DNA of 61,203 nt, taken from NCBI GenBank assembly GCA_009705225.1, contig WLCQ01000001.1, positions 1-61,203 on the forward strand, given 5' to 3'. The position numbers and the translations under genes were made by a program. This DNA is from Actinomycetota bacterium (GTDB taxonomy: Bacteria > Actinomycetota > Acidimicrobiia > Acidimicrobiales > Acidimicrobilacustridaceae). The notes beneath the pieces were generated by a model. The model was not told the origin of the DNA. It saw only the letters and a list, made by a program, of their open reading frames with translations, and made no database searches. Of this stretch, positions 10,822 to 20,532 are shown piece by piece (positions within the stretch are counted from its first letter, which is position 1; every line of letters begins with the position of its first letter).

Positions 10822-11861
10822 GGATAGACCCCAATGGAAGACAGACCGGTTGCTTCGGGCAGGCCGGTGAGGATATTGGCGCACTGCACGGCCTGGCCGG
10901 ATGCACCCTTGGTGAGATTGTCGATAGCGGCGAGCGCCACGATGAATCCTGTCCGGGGATCGGACCGGACCGTGACGTGGGCGGTGTTCGAACCCAGACA
11001 TGCCTTGGTGGACGGAGATTCGTCGGTGACGACCACGAACTGCTCGTCGTTGTAGTCACTGCGATAGAGGTCGAGTAGTTCAGCTGTCGTTGATTCAGTC
11101 GTGGGCCGCAGATAGCAAGTTGCGAGCATGCCGCGATTCATCGGAGCGAGATGCGGTGTGAACAGCACCGAGACTTCTGAGGACGCCACACCCGAGATCC
11201 GGGCCACGCTCTGCTCGATCTCAGGAGTGTGACGATGGGTGAGGAGTCCGTACGCAGTGAAATCCTCATCAACAGTGCAGAAGGTGGTGTTCGGCTTGGG
11301 CGGCCGCCCTGCACCCGAGACTCCGCTCACCGCATTGATCACGATCGAGGTCGTGTCGACGAGTCCGGCCCGCAGCAGCGGCGCAACGGCGAGCGCCGCA
11401 GCAGTTGGATAACAGCCGGGAACGGCGACGGCGTCGGCGCCAACGATCGAGGACCGGAAGAGTTCAGGCAACCCATAGACGAACTCCGAAAGAAGTTCAG
11501 GGACCTCATGGGCTTCGCCGTACCACTGCGGGTACAGCGATGCGTCGAGCAGTCGGAAATCAGCGGCGAGATCGACGACCCACCGAACCCGTTGCCGGAG
11601 TTCAGTCATGAGCGACTGCGAGGCCCCGTGCGGCAGCCCACAGAACACGAGATCTACTCCGGCGAGCACGGAGGGTTCGTAGGCCACGAAATGCCGATCG
11701 CCATACGCAGCAGCCAGACTTGGATAGAGCTCGGCGATGCCGACGCCGGCTTGGGAGTCACCCGTGGCGAACGCCACCTCGAATCCGGGATGGGCATGGC
11801 ACAGCCTGAGGAGTTCCGCACCGGTGAAACCCGATGCGCCGATGATGCCGACGTTGATCAC
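10818..11861 (-). CDS. argC: N-acetyl-gamma-glutamyl-phosphate reductase
   Basis: GASGFTG, PGCYPT, SGVSGAG, HRHTPEI, DNLTKGASGQAVQ. Confidence 0.98.
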   Translation of the reverse strand: MINVGIIGASGFTGAELLRLCHAHPGFEVAFATGDSQAGVGIAELYPSLAAAYGDRHFVAYEPSVLAGVDLVFCGLPHGASQSLMTELRQRVRWVVDLAADFRLLDASLYPQWYGEAHEVPELLSEFVYGLPELFRSSIVGADAVAVPGCYPTAAALAVAPLLRAGLVDTTSIVINAVSGVSGAGRPPKPNTTFCTVDEDFTAYGLLTHRHTPEIEQSVARISGVASSEVSVLFTPHLAPMNRGMLATCYLRPTTESTTAELLDLYRSDYNDEQFVVVTDESPSTKACLGSNTAHVTVRSDPRTGFIVALAAIDNLTKGASGQAVQCANILTGLPEATGLSSIGVYP

Positions 11862-11867
11862 TGGTTC

Positions 11868-11896
11868 ATCGTAGCCAGCTCTGCATGACTATGCAA
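11868..11896 (-). promoter_or_regulatory. argC promoter (leaderless) with overlapping ARG box
   Basis: TTGCAT (11896-11891), 17-bp spacer, TACGAT (11873-11868), 6 nt, then GTG. The palindromic ArgR operator TGCATGACTATGCA at 11882-11895 overlaps the -35. Confidence 0.85.
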
Positions 11897-11934
11897 TCAT
11901 GCGAATGAACCACAAGGAGTCCCCGGCGCAGAAC

Positions 11935-14301
11935 TCACGCCCGGAGTGTCGCTCCCAACCGAGCCGCGGCATCGACCGCCGAATTCATCACCGTGGCAAC
12001 ATCGTCGTCGGTGAGAGTTCGATCGGCAGCCTGCAAACGGAGACGGTAGGCCAGCGATCGGGTTCCGATGGGGACCGCTCCCCCCCGGAAGACATCGAAG
12101 AGCTCGATCGAGATCAGCAGTGCGCCAGCTGCGGATCGAATGACATCTGTAAGGGCGTCTGCCGCGATGTCGTCGGGAGTACCGAACGCAAGGTCGAGAT
12201 CGCTCGAGGGATACCGGCTGATCGACCGATACGGGTGTTCGCCATGGGGCAAGGTGAGCAACGCAGCAACATCGAGCTGCAACCACGCGGTTCGCTCCCG
12301 CACCGAGAATGCCTCGAGCACCGCTGGGTCGATCTCCCCCACCTCGCCGATGACGAGGTCGCCGATCCGCACAGTTGCGGAACGAGCGGGGTGCAGACCG
12401 GCAGGAACCAACGACTGATCCATCGTTGATGAGGCCACGCCGAGTGTCTCGAGGATGACATCAAGGACTTCGACCGCTGCTGGGGCGGCCCGGCCGGCGA
12501 GGATGACCGCAAGGTGCTCACGTTCGTCGGGGAGCACCTGGCCGACCCCCGGTAACGCGAAGACGCGCCCGAGTTCGAAAAGCGATGCATGTTCTGTGCG
12601 ATGCGACTCGTTGTAGGCAATGGAGCGGAGCAGACCCGGACGGAGCGAGGTGCGCAACACACTCTCTTCAGCAGCCAAAGGGTTCGTGAGCGTGACAGCG
12701 GCGGCGGGAAGACCTGCTCGGTCGAGATCACCCGGAGCGAGGAACGGCAGTGGCATCGCCTCATGCACGCCAAGCCCGACCAGAACCTGCCGCAGGATCC
12801 GCCGGTCGCGCTGGAGCGGGGTGAGTGAGCCGGTCTGGGTCGAGGTCGGGATACGCCCGGGGATACGGCTGTATCCGTGGTGACGGGCAATCTCTTCGAT
12901 GATGTCGGTCTCGGTCGTGGTGTCGGGTCGGAAGGACGGAACCGTGACGGACCAGTCGCCGGAAGAATCGCTCGGTTCAACCAAAAATCCGATCGGGCGC
13001 AGAAGTGCCGCGATGGTTTCGGATTCGAGTGCGGTGCCGAGAAGTCGGTTGACGCGGTCGGTGCGAACCGTGATCGGCGAACGATCGGGAAGATTTCCAT
13101 CGACGTTGACTGATCCGGCGACAAGTCGTGCACCCGATGGCGCGAGCAGCTCGGCCAGACGACGAGCGGCGAGATCGAGGATCTCGGGATCGGTGCCGCG
13201 CTCGAACCGGGCAGACGCCTCCGATCGCAGACCCATGAACTTGGAACTCCGAGCGATGGCCATCGGCTGCCACCACGCGCATTCGAGGAGCACACGTGTC
13301 GTGGAGGAGGAGATCTCGGTGGACGCGCCACCCATGACACCTGCGATGCCGACTGCCTGATCGGTGCCATCAGTGATGACGCCATCGCGACCGGCGGTGA
13401 GTGCCCGTTCAATGCCGTCGAGGGTGGTGATCGGCTCGCCATCGCGAGCCCAACGGACCCGGAGTGCACCATCCGGGAGCGTCGCGAGATCGTAGGTGTG
13501 GTTCGGTGCACCCAGTTCGAGCATGACGTAATTGGAAGCGTCGACCACGTTATTGATCGGCCGCATACCGAGCGCAACGAGTCGGTCGGCGATATGTCGG
13601 GGCGAGGGTTCGATACTGATTCCCTCGATGACCCGGGCGTAGAAACGACCACAGAGATCTGGGTCGATGATTTCGACCGAGACCATCGAGGCTGCGTCGC
13701 CGGGCACTTCCTCGATCTGTGGCTCGGGGATGGAGAACGGAAGGCCGAGACGGGCGGCGAGGTCGCGGGCAACGCCAGCAACCGACATCGCGTCGGGCCG
13801 ATTCGGGTTGATCTCGAGGTCGAACAACACATCGGGCGTGATACCGAGCGCATCGGTGATGGCGGTGCCCAGCGTCAGCGCACCGTCGAGCAACAAGATG
13901 CCGGAGTGGTCGTCGCCAAGGCCGAGCTCGCGACCCGAGCACAACATGCCGTTCGACCATTCGCCACGCATCTTTCGGCGGGCGATCTCCATACCGTCGG
14001 GCATCGTGGTGCCGAGGGTGGCGAGCGGAACGGTGTCGCCGACCGAGAGGTTGGTCGCGCCGCAGCAGATCTGCAATGGCTCGCCATCGCCCGTGTCGAC
14101 GTCGACGAGTTGGATCTTGTCGGCATCGGGATGGCGACGCAGTTCAAGAACCTTGGCGACGACGATGCCGTCGAGCCCCTCCCCGATCCGATCGATGGAC
14201 TCAACGGCCATGCCGAGGTCGCTCATGACATCGCCGAGGGCGATCGGGTCATCAGACGGAAAGGGAGCGAACTCCTGCAACCAGGAGAGAAGAACCTTCA
14301 T
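11935..14301 (-). CDS. pheT: Phenylalanine--tRNA ligase beta subunit
   Basis: HPDADK, SNGMLCS, PNRPDAMS, RFERG, LTNPL, FDX-ACB C-terminus (RSLAYRL). Confidence 0.97.
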   Translation of the reverse strand: MKVLLSWLQEFAPFPSDDPIALGDVMSDLGMAVESIDRIGEGLDGIVVAKVLELRRHPDADKIQLVDVDTGDGEPLQICCGATNLSVGDTVPLATLGTTMPDGMEIARRKMRGEWSNGMLCSGRELGLGDDHSGILLLDGALTLGTAITDALGITPDVLFDLEINPNRPDAMSVAGVARDLAARLGLPFSIPEPQIEEVPGDAASMVSVEIIDPDLCGRFYARVIEGISIEPSPRHIADRLVALGMRPINNVVDASNYVMLELGAPNHTYDLATLPDGALRVRWARDGEPITTLDGIERALTAGRDGVITDGTDQAVGIAGVMGGASTEISSSTTRVLLECAWWQPMAIARSSKFMGLRSEASARFERGTDPEILDLAARRLAELLAPSGARLVAGSVNVDGNLPDRSPITVRTDRVNRLLGTALESETIAALLRPIGFLVEPSDSSGDWSVTVPSFRPDTTTETDIIEEIARHHGYSRIPGRIPTSTQTGSLTPLQRDRRILRQVLVGLGVHEAMPLPFLAPGDLDRAGLPAAAVTLTNPLAAEESVLRTSLRPGLLRSIAYNESHRTEHASLFELGRVFALPGVGQVLPDEREHLAVILAGRAAPAAVEVLDVILETLGVASSTMDQSLVPAGLHPARSATVRIGDLVIGEVGEIDPAVLEAFSVRERTAWLQLDVAALLTLPHGEHPYRSISRYPSSDLDLAFGTPDDIAADALTDVIRSAAGALLISIELFDVFRGGAVPIGTRSLAYRLRLQAADRTLTDDDVATVMNSAVDAAARLGATLRA

Positions 14302-15335
14302 GATGGGAACTGCTCCAGGAATCGGACGTCGCCGGTGTACATCTCGCGGATGTCATCGACGCCGTGGCGCATCAGTGCGAGTCGATCGAGGCCGAAACCG
14401 AATGCGAATCCGGTCCATTCCTCGCCATCGAGACCGACATTGCGCAGAACATTCGGATGAACCATGCCGCATCCGCCCAGTTCCAACCACCCGGTGTGCG
14501 AGCAGGTGCGACATCCGCTTCCTTCGCAGAACACGCAGTTGATGTCGTACTCCGCCGACGGTTCGGTGAACGGAAAATAGGACGGACGCAGACGTGAGTG
14601 GATCGAACCACCGAAGTATGCGCTGGTGAATGCCTCGAGTGTGCCCGCCATATCGGCGAACGAGATGTTGCGGTCGATGACCAGACCTTCGATCTGATGG
14701 AACACCGGCATATGGGTGGCGTCGGCGGTGTCGCGCCGGTACACGCGCCCGGGCATAACGGCGTAGATGGGGGGCGGCGTCTCGGTCATGACCCGGATCT
14801 GCACCGGAGACGTGTGCGTGCGCAGCAGCACCGTTTCGGGATCTCCGAGATCGACATACAGCGTGTCCCACATGCCTCGAGCTGGATGGGCGGCGGGAAT
14901 GTTGAGCGCCTCGAAGTTGTACCAATCGGTCTCGACCTCGGGACCTTCGGCCACGGTGAATCCCATCCCGACGAAGACATCGACGAGGCGGTCCCAGGTC
15001 TGGGTCACCAGATGCACCGAGCCACGGACGGGCCCTCCGATGCGCTCAGTGAGATCGAGACGCTCGGCGGCAAGAACGACAGCCCGTTTCTCGGCCTCGA
15101 GTTCGGCCCTGCGGTCGGCAATGAGAGCGGCAATCGATTCGCGGGCCACGTTGAGCGCCGCGCCGACCTCGCGGCGACCCTCTGGATCGAGACCGGCGAG
15201 ACCCTTTTTGAGTTCGGAGAGCGACCCCTTCTTACCGAGCAGTTCAGCCTCGAGGTCGCGCAGGTTCTCAATGGTGGCGGCGGCGCGCACCTGCACCGGG
15301 GCCTCCGAGCTGATTCGCGTGATGTCGTCGATCAT
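14298..15335 (-). CDS. pheS: Phenylalanine--tRNA ligase alpha subunit
   Basis: NFEALNIPAAHPAR, LRTHTSPVQ, YFPFTEPS, GFAFGFGLDR. Start set at ATG 15335. Confidence 0.97.
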   Translation of the reverse strand: MIDDITRISSEAPVQVRAAATIENLRDLEAELLGKKGSLSELKKGLAGLDPEGRREVGAALNVARESIAALIADRRAELEAEKRAVVLAAERLDLTERIGGPVRGSVHLVTQTWDRLVDVFVGMGFTVAEGPEVETDWYNFEALNIPAAHPARGMWDTLYVDLGDPETVLLRTHTSPVQIRVMTETPPPIYAVMPGRVYRRDTADATHMPVFHQIEGLVIDRNISFADMAGTLEAFTSAYFGGSIHSRLRPSYFPFTEPSAEYDINCVFCEGSGCRTCSHTGWLELGGCGMVHPNVLRNVGLDGEEWTGFAFGFGLDRLALMRHGVDDIREMYTGDVRFLEQFPS

Positions 15336-15385
15336 GAGTAGGTGAGCCTGTCGTCCATAGGTGATGCAGTCCAATCAATTCTGTG

Positions 15386-16222
15386 TCATGCGGAGCGTCG
15401 TTGGCGGGAGGCCTCGAAGAGCACCACTGCACCGGCCACCGACACGTTGAGGGACTCGACCGACAATGCGACAGGAATCGTGACATTGCGGTCGCATTGT
15501 TCGATGATCACGGGAGAGAGTCCGTGGGCCTCGGAGCCGACAAGGACAGCGAGCGGCCCGGTGAGATCGATGGATTCCGGTGCTGCACCGCCGCTCACAA
15601 CAGTGGCGAGCGTGGTTCGACCGAGTTCCCGGAGGCGATCGATCACAACTGTCGTGTCGGGCTCCTCGACGATCGGGAGACGCAGCAGAGATCCGGCAGC
15701 AGCGCGCACAGCCTTCGGTCCGAAGGCATCGGTACTCGTGCCGGCGAAAACCACCCCGGCGGCGCCGAATGCCTCGGCTGCCCTCACGAGAGTTCCGGCA
15801 TTGCCGGGATCGGCAACGTCGACGAGCACAAGAACCGGGCCCGACGCCTGTGCGATCTGCTCCAACGAGGTGGTGCGCCGAGGTGCCACGGCGAGCAACC
15901 CCTGCGGGGTGACTGTGTCGCTGATCGAGTCGAGTACACCTTCCGACAGTGACCAGACCGACGCTCCCGCAGAAGCGGCCAGATCGACCGTGACGATGAA
16001 GGGGTCATCGTCGGCGGCGCGTGTGAAGGCCTCGGCCCAGGTGCGAGCATCGACATAGAGCTCGTCGATCGTGATGCCCGCCGAAAGCGCTTCAGTCAGC
16101 GCGACCGGTCCTTCGATCACGAACTGACCAGCCTCAAGACGCGCCTTACGGCGCCCGGTGAGGCGCCGCAAGGTCGCAAGTCGTTGGTTGTTCGCCGACA
16201 GCGGCGTGGGTTCGACGGCCAC
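15386..16222 (-). CDS. TrmH/SpoU-family RNA 2'-O-methyltransferase
   Basis: DPGNAGTLVRAA, GSEAHGL, ESLNVSVA; usual position between rplT and pheS. Start uncertain (GTG 16222 chosen). Confidence 0.9.
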   Translation of the reverse strand: MAVEPTPLSANNQRLATLRRLTGRRKARLEAGQFVIEGPVALTEALSAGITIDELYVDARTWAEAFTRAADDDPFIVTVDLAASAGASVWSLSEGVLDSISDTVTPQGLLAVAPRRTTSLEQIAQASGPVLVLVDVADPGNAGTLVRAAEAFGAAGVVFAGTSTDAFGPKAVRAAAGSLLRLPIVEEPDTTVVIDRLRELGRTTLATVVSGGAAPESIDLTGPLAVLVGSEAHGLSPVIIEQCDRNVTIPVALSVESLNVSVAGAVVLFEASRQRRSA

Positions 16223-16244
16223 CGAAGTGGTCGGAAGCCGTGGA

Positions 16245-16607
16245 TCAGGCGCTGGCCGATGCAGCGTTGGCCGCTTCGACAAGTGCCGTGAACGCTGCCG
16301 GATCGGTGATGGCGAGATCGGAGAGGACCTTGCGATCGACCTCGATACCAGCGTTCTTCAGTCCGGCGATGAAACGCGAGTAGGTGGTGCCGTTGAGACG
16401 GCACGCGGCGTTGATGCGCTGGATCCAGAGCTGACGGAACTCGCCCTTCTTGGCCCGACGATCGCGGAATGCGTAGTTGAGCGAGTGCATGACCTGCTCA
16501 TTGGCGGCACGGTATGAGCGGCTCTTGTTGCCGTAGTAGCCCTTGGCCCGCTCGAGTGTTGCCTTATGACGCTTCTTGGCAGTAACTGCACCTTTGACTC
16601 TGGCCAT
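16245..16607 (-). CDS. rplT: 50S ribosomal protein L20
   Basis: [32 protein letters not shown]. Confidence 0.99.
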   Translation of the reverse strand: MARVKGAVTAKKRHKATLERAKGYYGNKSRSYRAANEQVMHSLNYAFRDRRAKKGEFRQLWIQRINAACRLNGTTYSRFIAGLKNAGIEVDRKVLSDLAITDPAAFTALVEAANAASASA

Positions 16608-16747
16608 CGGTGACTCCTTCCAGACATGCCCCGTGATCGGAGCTCATGATTTCGGTGATACCTGCGAACTGCGTGGAATCGGTCCACACGCCCATCAAGG
16701 GCCGGACCTTGGATTGATCGGAATCAGTGGTTCCGAACGAGGTGGGA

Positions 16748-16942
16748 TCAGATCCCGAGTTGGCGCTTGACGCGTGCGGCGTCGCCCTTGGCGAGAACGA
16801 AATCACCCTTGAGACGGCGCTTACGGCCAGGGGACTTCTTCTCGAGGATGTGGTTGAGGTTCGAGGAACGACGGGTGAGCTTCCCGGTTCCGGTGACCTT
16901 GAAGCGCTTCTTGGCGCCGCTGTGGGTCTTCATCTTCGGCAT
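16748..16942 (-). CDS. rpmI: 50S ribosomal protein L35
   Basis: [21 protein letters not shown]. Confidence 0.99.
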   Translation of the reverse strand: MPKMKTHSGAKKRFKVTGTGKLTRRSSNLNHILEKKSPGRKRRLKGDFVLAKGDAARVKRQLGI

Positions 16943-16985
16943 GTGGTTCTCCAGTGCGGATACTCGCCTCGGCGAGTGCTGCGGG

Positions 16986-17765
16986 TCAGGCCTCGGGGAT
17001 GTCCGAGTCCTCGGTTGCTTCTGCTTCTGCGATGACTTCTGCTGCTTCGATGTCAGAGACTTCGGTTTGGTTCGCAGCGATTTCGGTTGCTTCGGTTGCT
17101 TCGGTTTCGAGTGGTGTCATCTCGGGCACCTCAGCAGCCTGAGTTGCGGCTTCGCTCGTGTCGGTGACGGGTGCCTCGAGAGTTGAGGGAGACGCAGTTG
17201 AATCCTCGGGAGCGGAGCGCTTCTTCTCCGCAGCGGCCTGGGCCTTCTTGTCAGGCCCGAGGACCATGGTCATGTTGCGACCGTCGAGGCGGGGGTAAAT
17301 CTCTACCTTGCCCACCTCGGTGACCGTTTCAGCGACCTGATCGAGGATCTTGCGACCCAGTTCGGGATGCTGCATCTCGCGACCACGGAACATGATCGTG
17401 ATCTTCACCTTGTGGCCCTCACCAAGGAACTCGGCGACTTTCTTGGTCTTGGTCCCGAAGTCTCCGGCGCCGATCTTGGGCCGGTACTTCATTTCCTTGA
17501 CCACCACGTTGGTGCTCTTCTTGCGCGATTCCTTGGCTCGTTGTGCGGCCTCGTACTTGTACTTGCCGTAATCCATGATCCGGCAGACAGGAGGATTGGC
17601 CTTGTCAGCCACCTCCACGAGGTCGAGTTCGAGTTCCCGGGCCATGTCAAGGGCCTGGGGCAGGGGTGTAATTCCGATCTGGGCGCCGTCAGGTCCAACC
17701 AATCGCACCTCGCGGGCGCGAATGCGTTCGTTGATCCGTGGCTCGTTATTCGTGGCCGTTGCTAT
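16986..17765 (-). CDS. infC: Translation initiation factor IF-3 (non-canonical ATA start, long acidic tail)
   Basis: [27 protein letters not shown]. The frame extends upstream of 17708 through the conserved [15 protein letters not shown] to ATA 17765, with GAGGAG 9 nt upstream. Confidence 0.95.
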   Translation of the reverse strand: MATATNNEPRINERIRAREVRLVGPDGAQIGITPLPQALDMARELELDLVEVADKANPPVCRIMDYGKYKYEAAQRAKESRKKSTNVVVKEMKYRPKIGAGDFGTKTKKVAEFLGEGHKVKITIMFRGREMQHPELGRKILDQVAETVTEVGKVEIYPRLDGRNMTMVLGPDKKAQAAAEKKRSAPEDSTASPSTLEAPVTDTSEAATQAAEVPEMTPLETEATEATEIAANQTEVSDIEAAEVIAEAEATEDSDIPEA

Positions 17766-17784
17766 GGCCAGTCACTCCTCATTC

Positions 17785-17985
17785 GTGCGAGTTCCTCTCT
17801 CGGCTGTTCGGGTGGGCTGGGAAGCTGAAACCCGACCGCCGGAGAACCACGAAGGGATCTCTGGACAGTTCGTGAATCGACCTGAGCGCACTGGCCTGCG
17901 GTATGCAGGATGGATCCGGAGGATCCACGGTGTAGATGGTGAAGCTGGCGTGGTCAGGTGGGGGCGAAGCCCCGCTTCCGTTCAG
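17785..17985 (-). promoter_or_regulatory. Structured 5' leader of infC-rpmI-rplT (candidate L20 leader)
   Basis: About 200 nt non-coding with GGGGC-TTC-GCCCC hairpin, ACCTGA...TCAGGT pairing and TGGATCC-TCC-GGATCCA hairpin. Position is typical of L20 autoregulatory leaders. Confidence 0.45.
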
Positions 17986-18072
17986 TTGTAGGCGACGTAC
18001 GATACCGGTCCCGGGTCGGGAATGCGAACTACGACCCCCGCCAACTGCGAATCACTCTGAGGAGAACCAATC

Positions 18073-18522
18073 ATGAGCCTGTGGACACCAGGGGGCGAAG
18101 TCCCGATTGAACGGAACCCACGCTCGACCGAGGCAACTCCGTCCGATGGTTTCGACCCCTTCGACGGCAGGGATCTCGAGGACCTCTCCCCCGCCGAACG
18201 CGAGCAGGTCGAAGCGATGATCGCCGAGATGGCAGAGGCACAGCGGCAGGTGCTCGCCGCCCCCGCAGCAGTGGTCGTCGCCAACCACGCGATGGGGCTG
18301 TTCCAACTGGCGGCACTCCATCTCAAGCAACCCGAACCCGATTTCGACGCAGCCCGATTGGCGATCGACACCATGGCCGGCCTGCTCGATGCTGCTGGCG
18401 ATCGCCTCGGAGAAGACGGCGCAACCCTGGCCGAAGGCGTACTGGAACTGCAGCGGGCGTTCGTGGCCCGACGCAGCGCCCCTCCCGTTGCTGATTCAAA
18501 CCTGACCTCAGACGAGTCGTGA
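18073..18522 (+). CDS. DUF1844-like protein
   Basis: AGGAGA SD; motifs NHAMGLFQLAALHL and ARLAIDTMAGL; divergent from infC as in other Actinobacteria. Confidence 0.8.
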   Translation: MSLWTPGGEVPIERNPRSTEATPSDGFDPFDGRDLEDLSPAEREQVEAMIAEMAEAQRQVLAAPAAVVVANHAMGLFQLAALHLKQPEPDFDAARLAIDTMAGLLDAAGDRLGEDGATLAEGVLELQRAFVARRSAPPVADSNLTSDES

Positions 18523-18631
18523 ATCGCTCGTAGCTTCCGAGCATCGCCCTTCATGCAGTGGGAATCGACCGATTCCATCTGGCTACCCCGCAAAGCGGTG
18601 AGCGACTCCAGACGGATCGCCACCGATGGGC

Positions 18632-18889
18632 TCAACGCTGGGGGTTCCTCTCCGACGACCTGATGTCGGAGGCCTCCCAGCGGCCGAGTCGGCCCGGGAC
18701 GACCTGCCATCTGACTCCAGCCCCGACCTCGATCGAGCGTGATCCGTCGGCGATGTTTGCGCAGTGGAACGGATAGGTGATGCCGGTGGCGGTGATCACA
18801 GTTCCGAGACCCCTTGGGTCGTCGAATGTAGCGACCGTGCCCTCACATGCACCGAGCGGTGCAGCGGCGACAGGCCCGGTGGGCATCAC
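18632..18889 (-). CDS. Divergent cold-shock-domain (OB-fold) protein
   Basis: GTVATFDDPRGLGTV...YPFHC...IEVGAGVRWQV...GRWEASDI aligns with the CspA pattern; GTGA overlap with the hisG stop. Confidence 0.78.
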   Translation of the reverse strand: MMPTGPVAAAPLGACEGTVATFDDPRGLGTVITATGITYPFHCANIADGSRSIEVGAGVRWQVVPGRLGRWEASDIRSSERNPQR

Positions 18890-19761
18890 GGGACGATCTT
18901 GGCGATGGGGATCTCGATGATGTCGGTAGCGCCGGCATCGGAGAGTGCCGGGATCAGGACATTGATCCGCTTCTTCTCGACAACGGTTTCGACGGCGTAA
19001 CCGGCGCCGCCATAGAGCTCGTTCACCGTGGGCGACTTCATCGACGGGAGCAGTTCGATGACTGCACTGAGTCGATCGGTGGGCACGTTGAGCTTCACCA
19101 GCACTTTGCCCCGCGCATCAAGGACACCCTCAAGCAGCGTGCGGATCTGGTGCATGGCGTGGGCCTTGGCCGGATCGGCGAATGCTGCGGGGTTGGCGAT
19201 GAGTTCGGTGTACGAAACGAGGATCGTGTCGATGATCTTGAGGCCAGCGGCACGCAGTGCATTGCCGGTCTCGGTGATGTCGACAACACACTCGACGATG
19301 TCAGGGACCTTTGCCTCGGTGGCGCCATAGGACAGCTTGATGTCGGCGGGAATACCTTTGTTGGCAAAGAACCGACGGGTGAGTTCCGGATACTCGCTCG
19401 AGACCCGAACGCCATGCGGAAGGTCGGCCACGCTCTCGGCTGGCGAATCGTTGGGCACGGCCACGATGATGCGAACCGGATTGCTCGTGACCTTCGAGTA
19501 CTTCAACTCACCGAGCGAGTGAACCTCGCTCTCGGTCTCCTCGATCCAATCGCGACCGGTGATGCCCATGTCGAACAGGCCGTCAGCCACATACATGGGG
19601 ATCTCCTGCGGACGCAGGATGCGAACCTCGGCGATCCGGGGATCGTCGATGGTGGCCTTGTACTGCACGGAAGAATTTCGCGAGACCTTGAGGTCGGCGG
19701 CTTCGAAGAGTTCGAGCGTGGCCTTCTCGAGCGAACCCTTGGGGAGGACGAGCTTCAACAT
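18886..19761 (-). CDS. hisG: ATP phosphoribosyltransferase (long form)
   Basis: LPKGSL, RPQEIP, DMGITGRDW, YGATE, DITETG plus a C-terminal regulatory domain. Confidence 0.96.
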   Translation of the reverse strand: MLKLVLPKGSLEKATLELFEAADLKVSRNSSVQYKATIDDPRIAEVRILRPQEIPMYVADGLFDMGITGRDWIEETESEVHSLGELKYSKVTSNPVRIIVAVPNDSPAESVADLPHGVRVSSEYPELTRRFFANKGIPADIKLSYGATEAKVPDIVECVVDITETGNALRAAGLKIIDTILVSYTELIANPAAFADPAKAHAMHQIRTLLEGVLDARGKVLVKLNVPTDRLSAVIELLPSMKSPTVNELYGGAGYAVETVVEKKRINVLIPALSDAGATDIIEIPIAKIVP

Positions 19762-19831
19762 TCTTCAAACCTATCGCCTGCCCCCGACGCCGACCGAACG
19801 AGTTCCGACACCTGTCCCGTAGGATCGAGAT

Positions 19832-20527
19832 ATGGCACGGCATAAGGAACGACATCTGAGCCACCGAGCTAACTGGCTGCGGGCCTCGGTGCTGGGAGCG
19901 AACGACGGAATCATCTCCACTGCCGCACTGATTCTCGGCGTTGCCGCATCGGATGCGTCCCACTCGGCAGTTCTCACCGCCGGTATCGCCGGGCTCACCG
20001 CCGGTTCCATGTCGATGGGCCTCGGGGAGTACGTCTCCGTCAGTTCCCAGCGCGACACCGAGAACGCCGATATCGCCAAGGAGAAGTGGGAACTTGAACA
20101 CACTCCCGAGCGCGAACTCGCGGAACTCACCGCGATCTACCAGGAGCGCGGCCTCAGCCACCACCTCGCAAGGCAGGTCGCAGTTGAGCTCACTGAGCAC
20201 GACGCATTGGCCACCCACCTCACCGAAGAACTCGGAATCACCGAGGAGACCTTGGCCCGCCCGTTGCAGGCTGCAGCCACTTCGATGATCTCGTTCGCCA
20301 TCGGCGCCGCGCTTCCTCTCATCGCCGCTGCCGTCGGTTCCAACAACAACCGAATCGGCCTCACGCTCATCGTCGCCATCCTGGCTCTGCTCGCGCTTGG
20401 GATAGCGGGAGCCAGAGCGGGTGGAGCGAAGCCGCTGCGTCCGACCCTGCGTGTCGTGGTGGGCGGCGTCGTCGCTATGGGAGTCACCATGGCAATCGGA
20501 AGGATCTTCGGCACTGCAGTGGGCTGA
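19832..20527 (+). CDS. VIT1/CCC1-family Fe/Mn transporter
   Basis: NWLRASVLGANDGIIST, SMGLGEYVSVSSQRDTE, several TM helices. Confidence 0.95.
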   Translation: MARHKERHLSHRANWLRASVLGANDGIISTAALILGVAASDASHSAVLTAGIAGLTAGSMSMGLGEYVSVSSQRDTENADIAKEKWELEHTPERELAELTAIYQERGLSHHLARQVAVELTEHDALATHLTEELGITEETLARPLQAAATSMISFAIGAALPLIAAAVGSNNNRIGLTLIVAILALLALGIAGARAGGAKPLRPTLRVVVGGVVAMGVTMAIGRIFGTAVG

Positions 20528-20532
20528 GCCCG

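Noticed and set aside
12114-13853. 579-aa same-strand alternate-frame ORF inside pheT
   Set aside because: Ser/Arg/Pro-rich composition typical of an off-frame read of GC-rich DNA; pheT itself is intact.
14502-14537. CxxC-CxxC insert in PheS (CVFCEGSGCRTC)
   Set aside because: A known feature of many bacterial PheS proteins.
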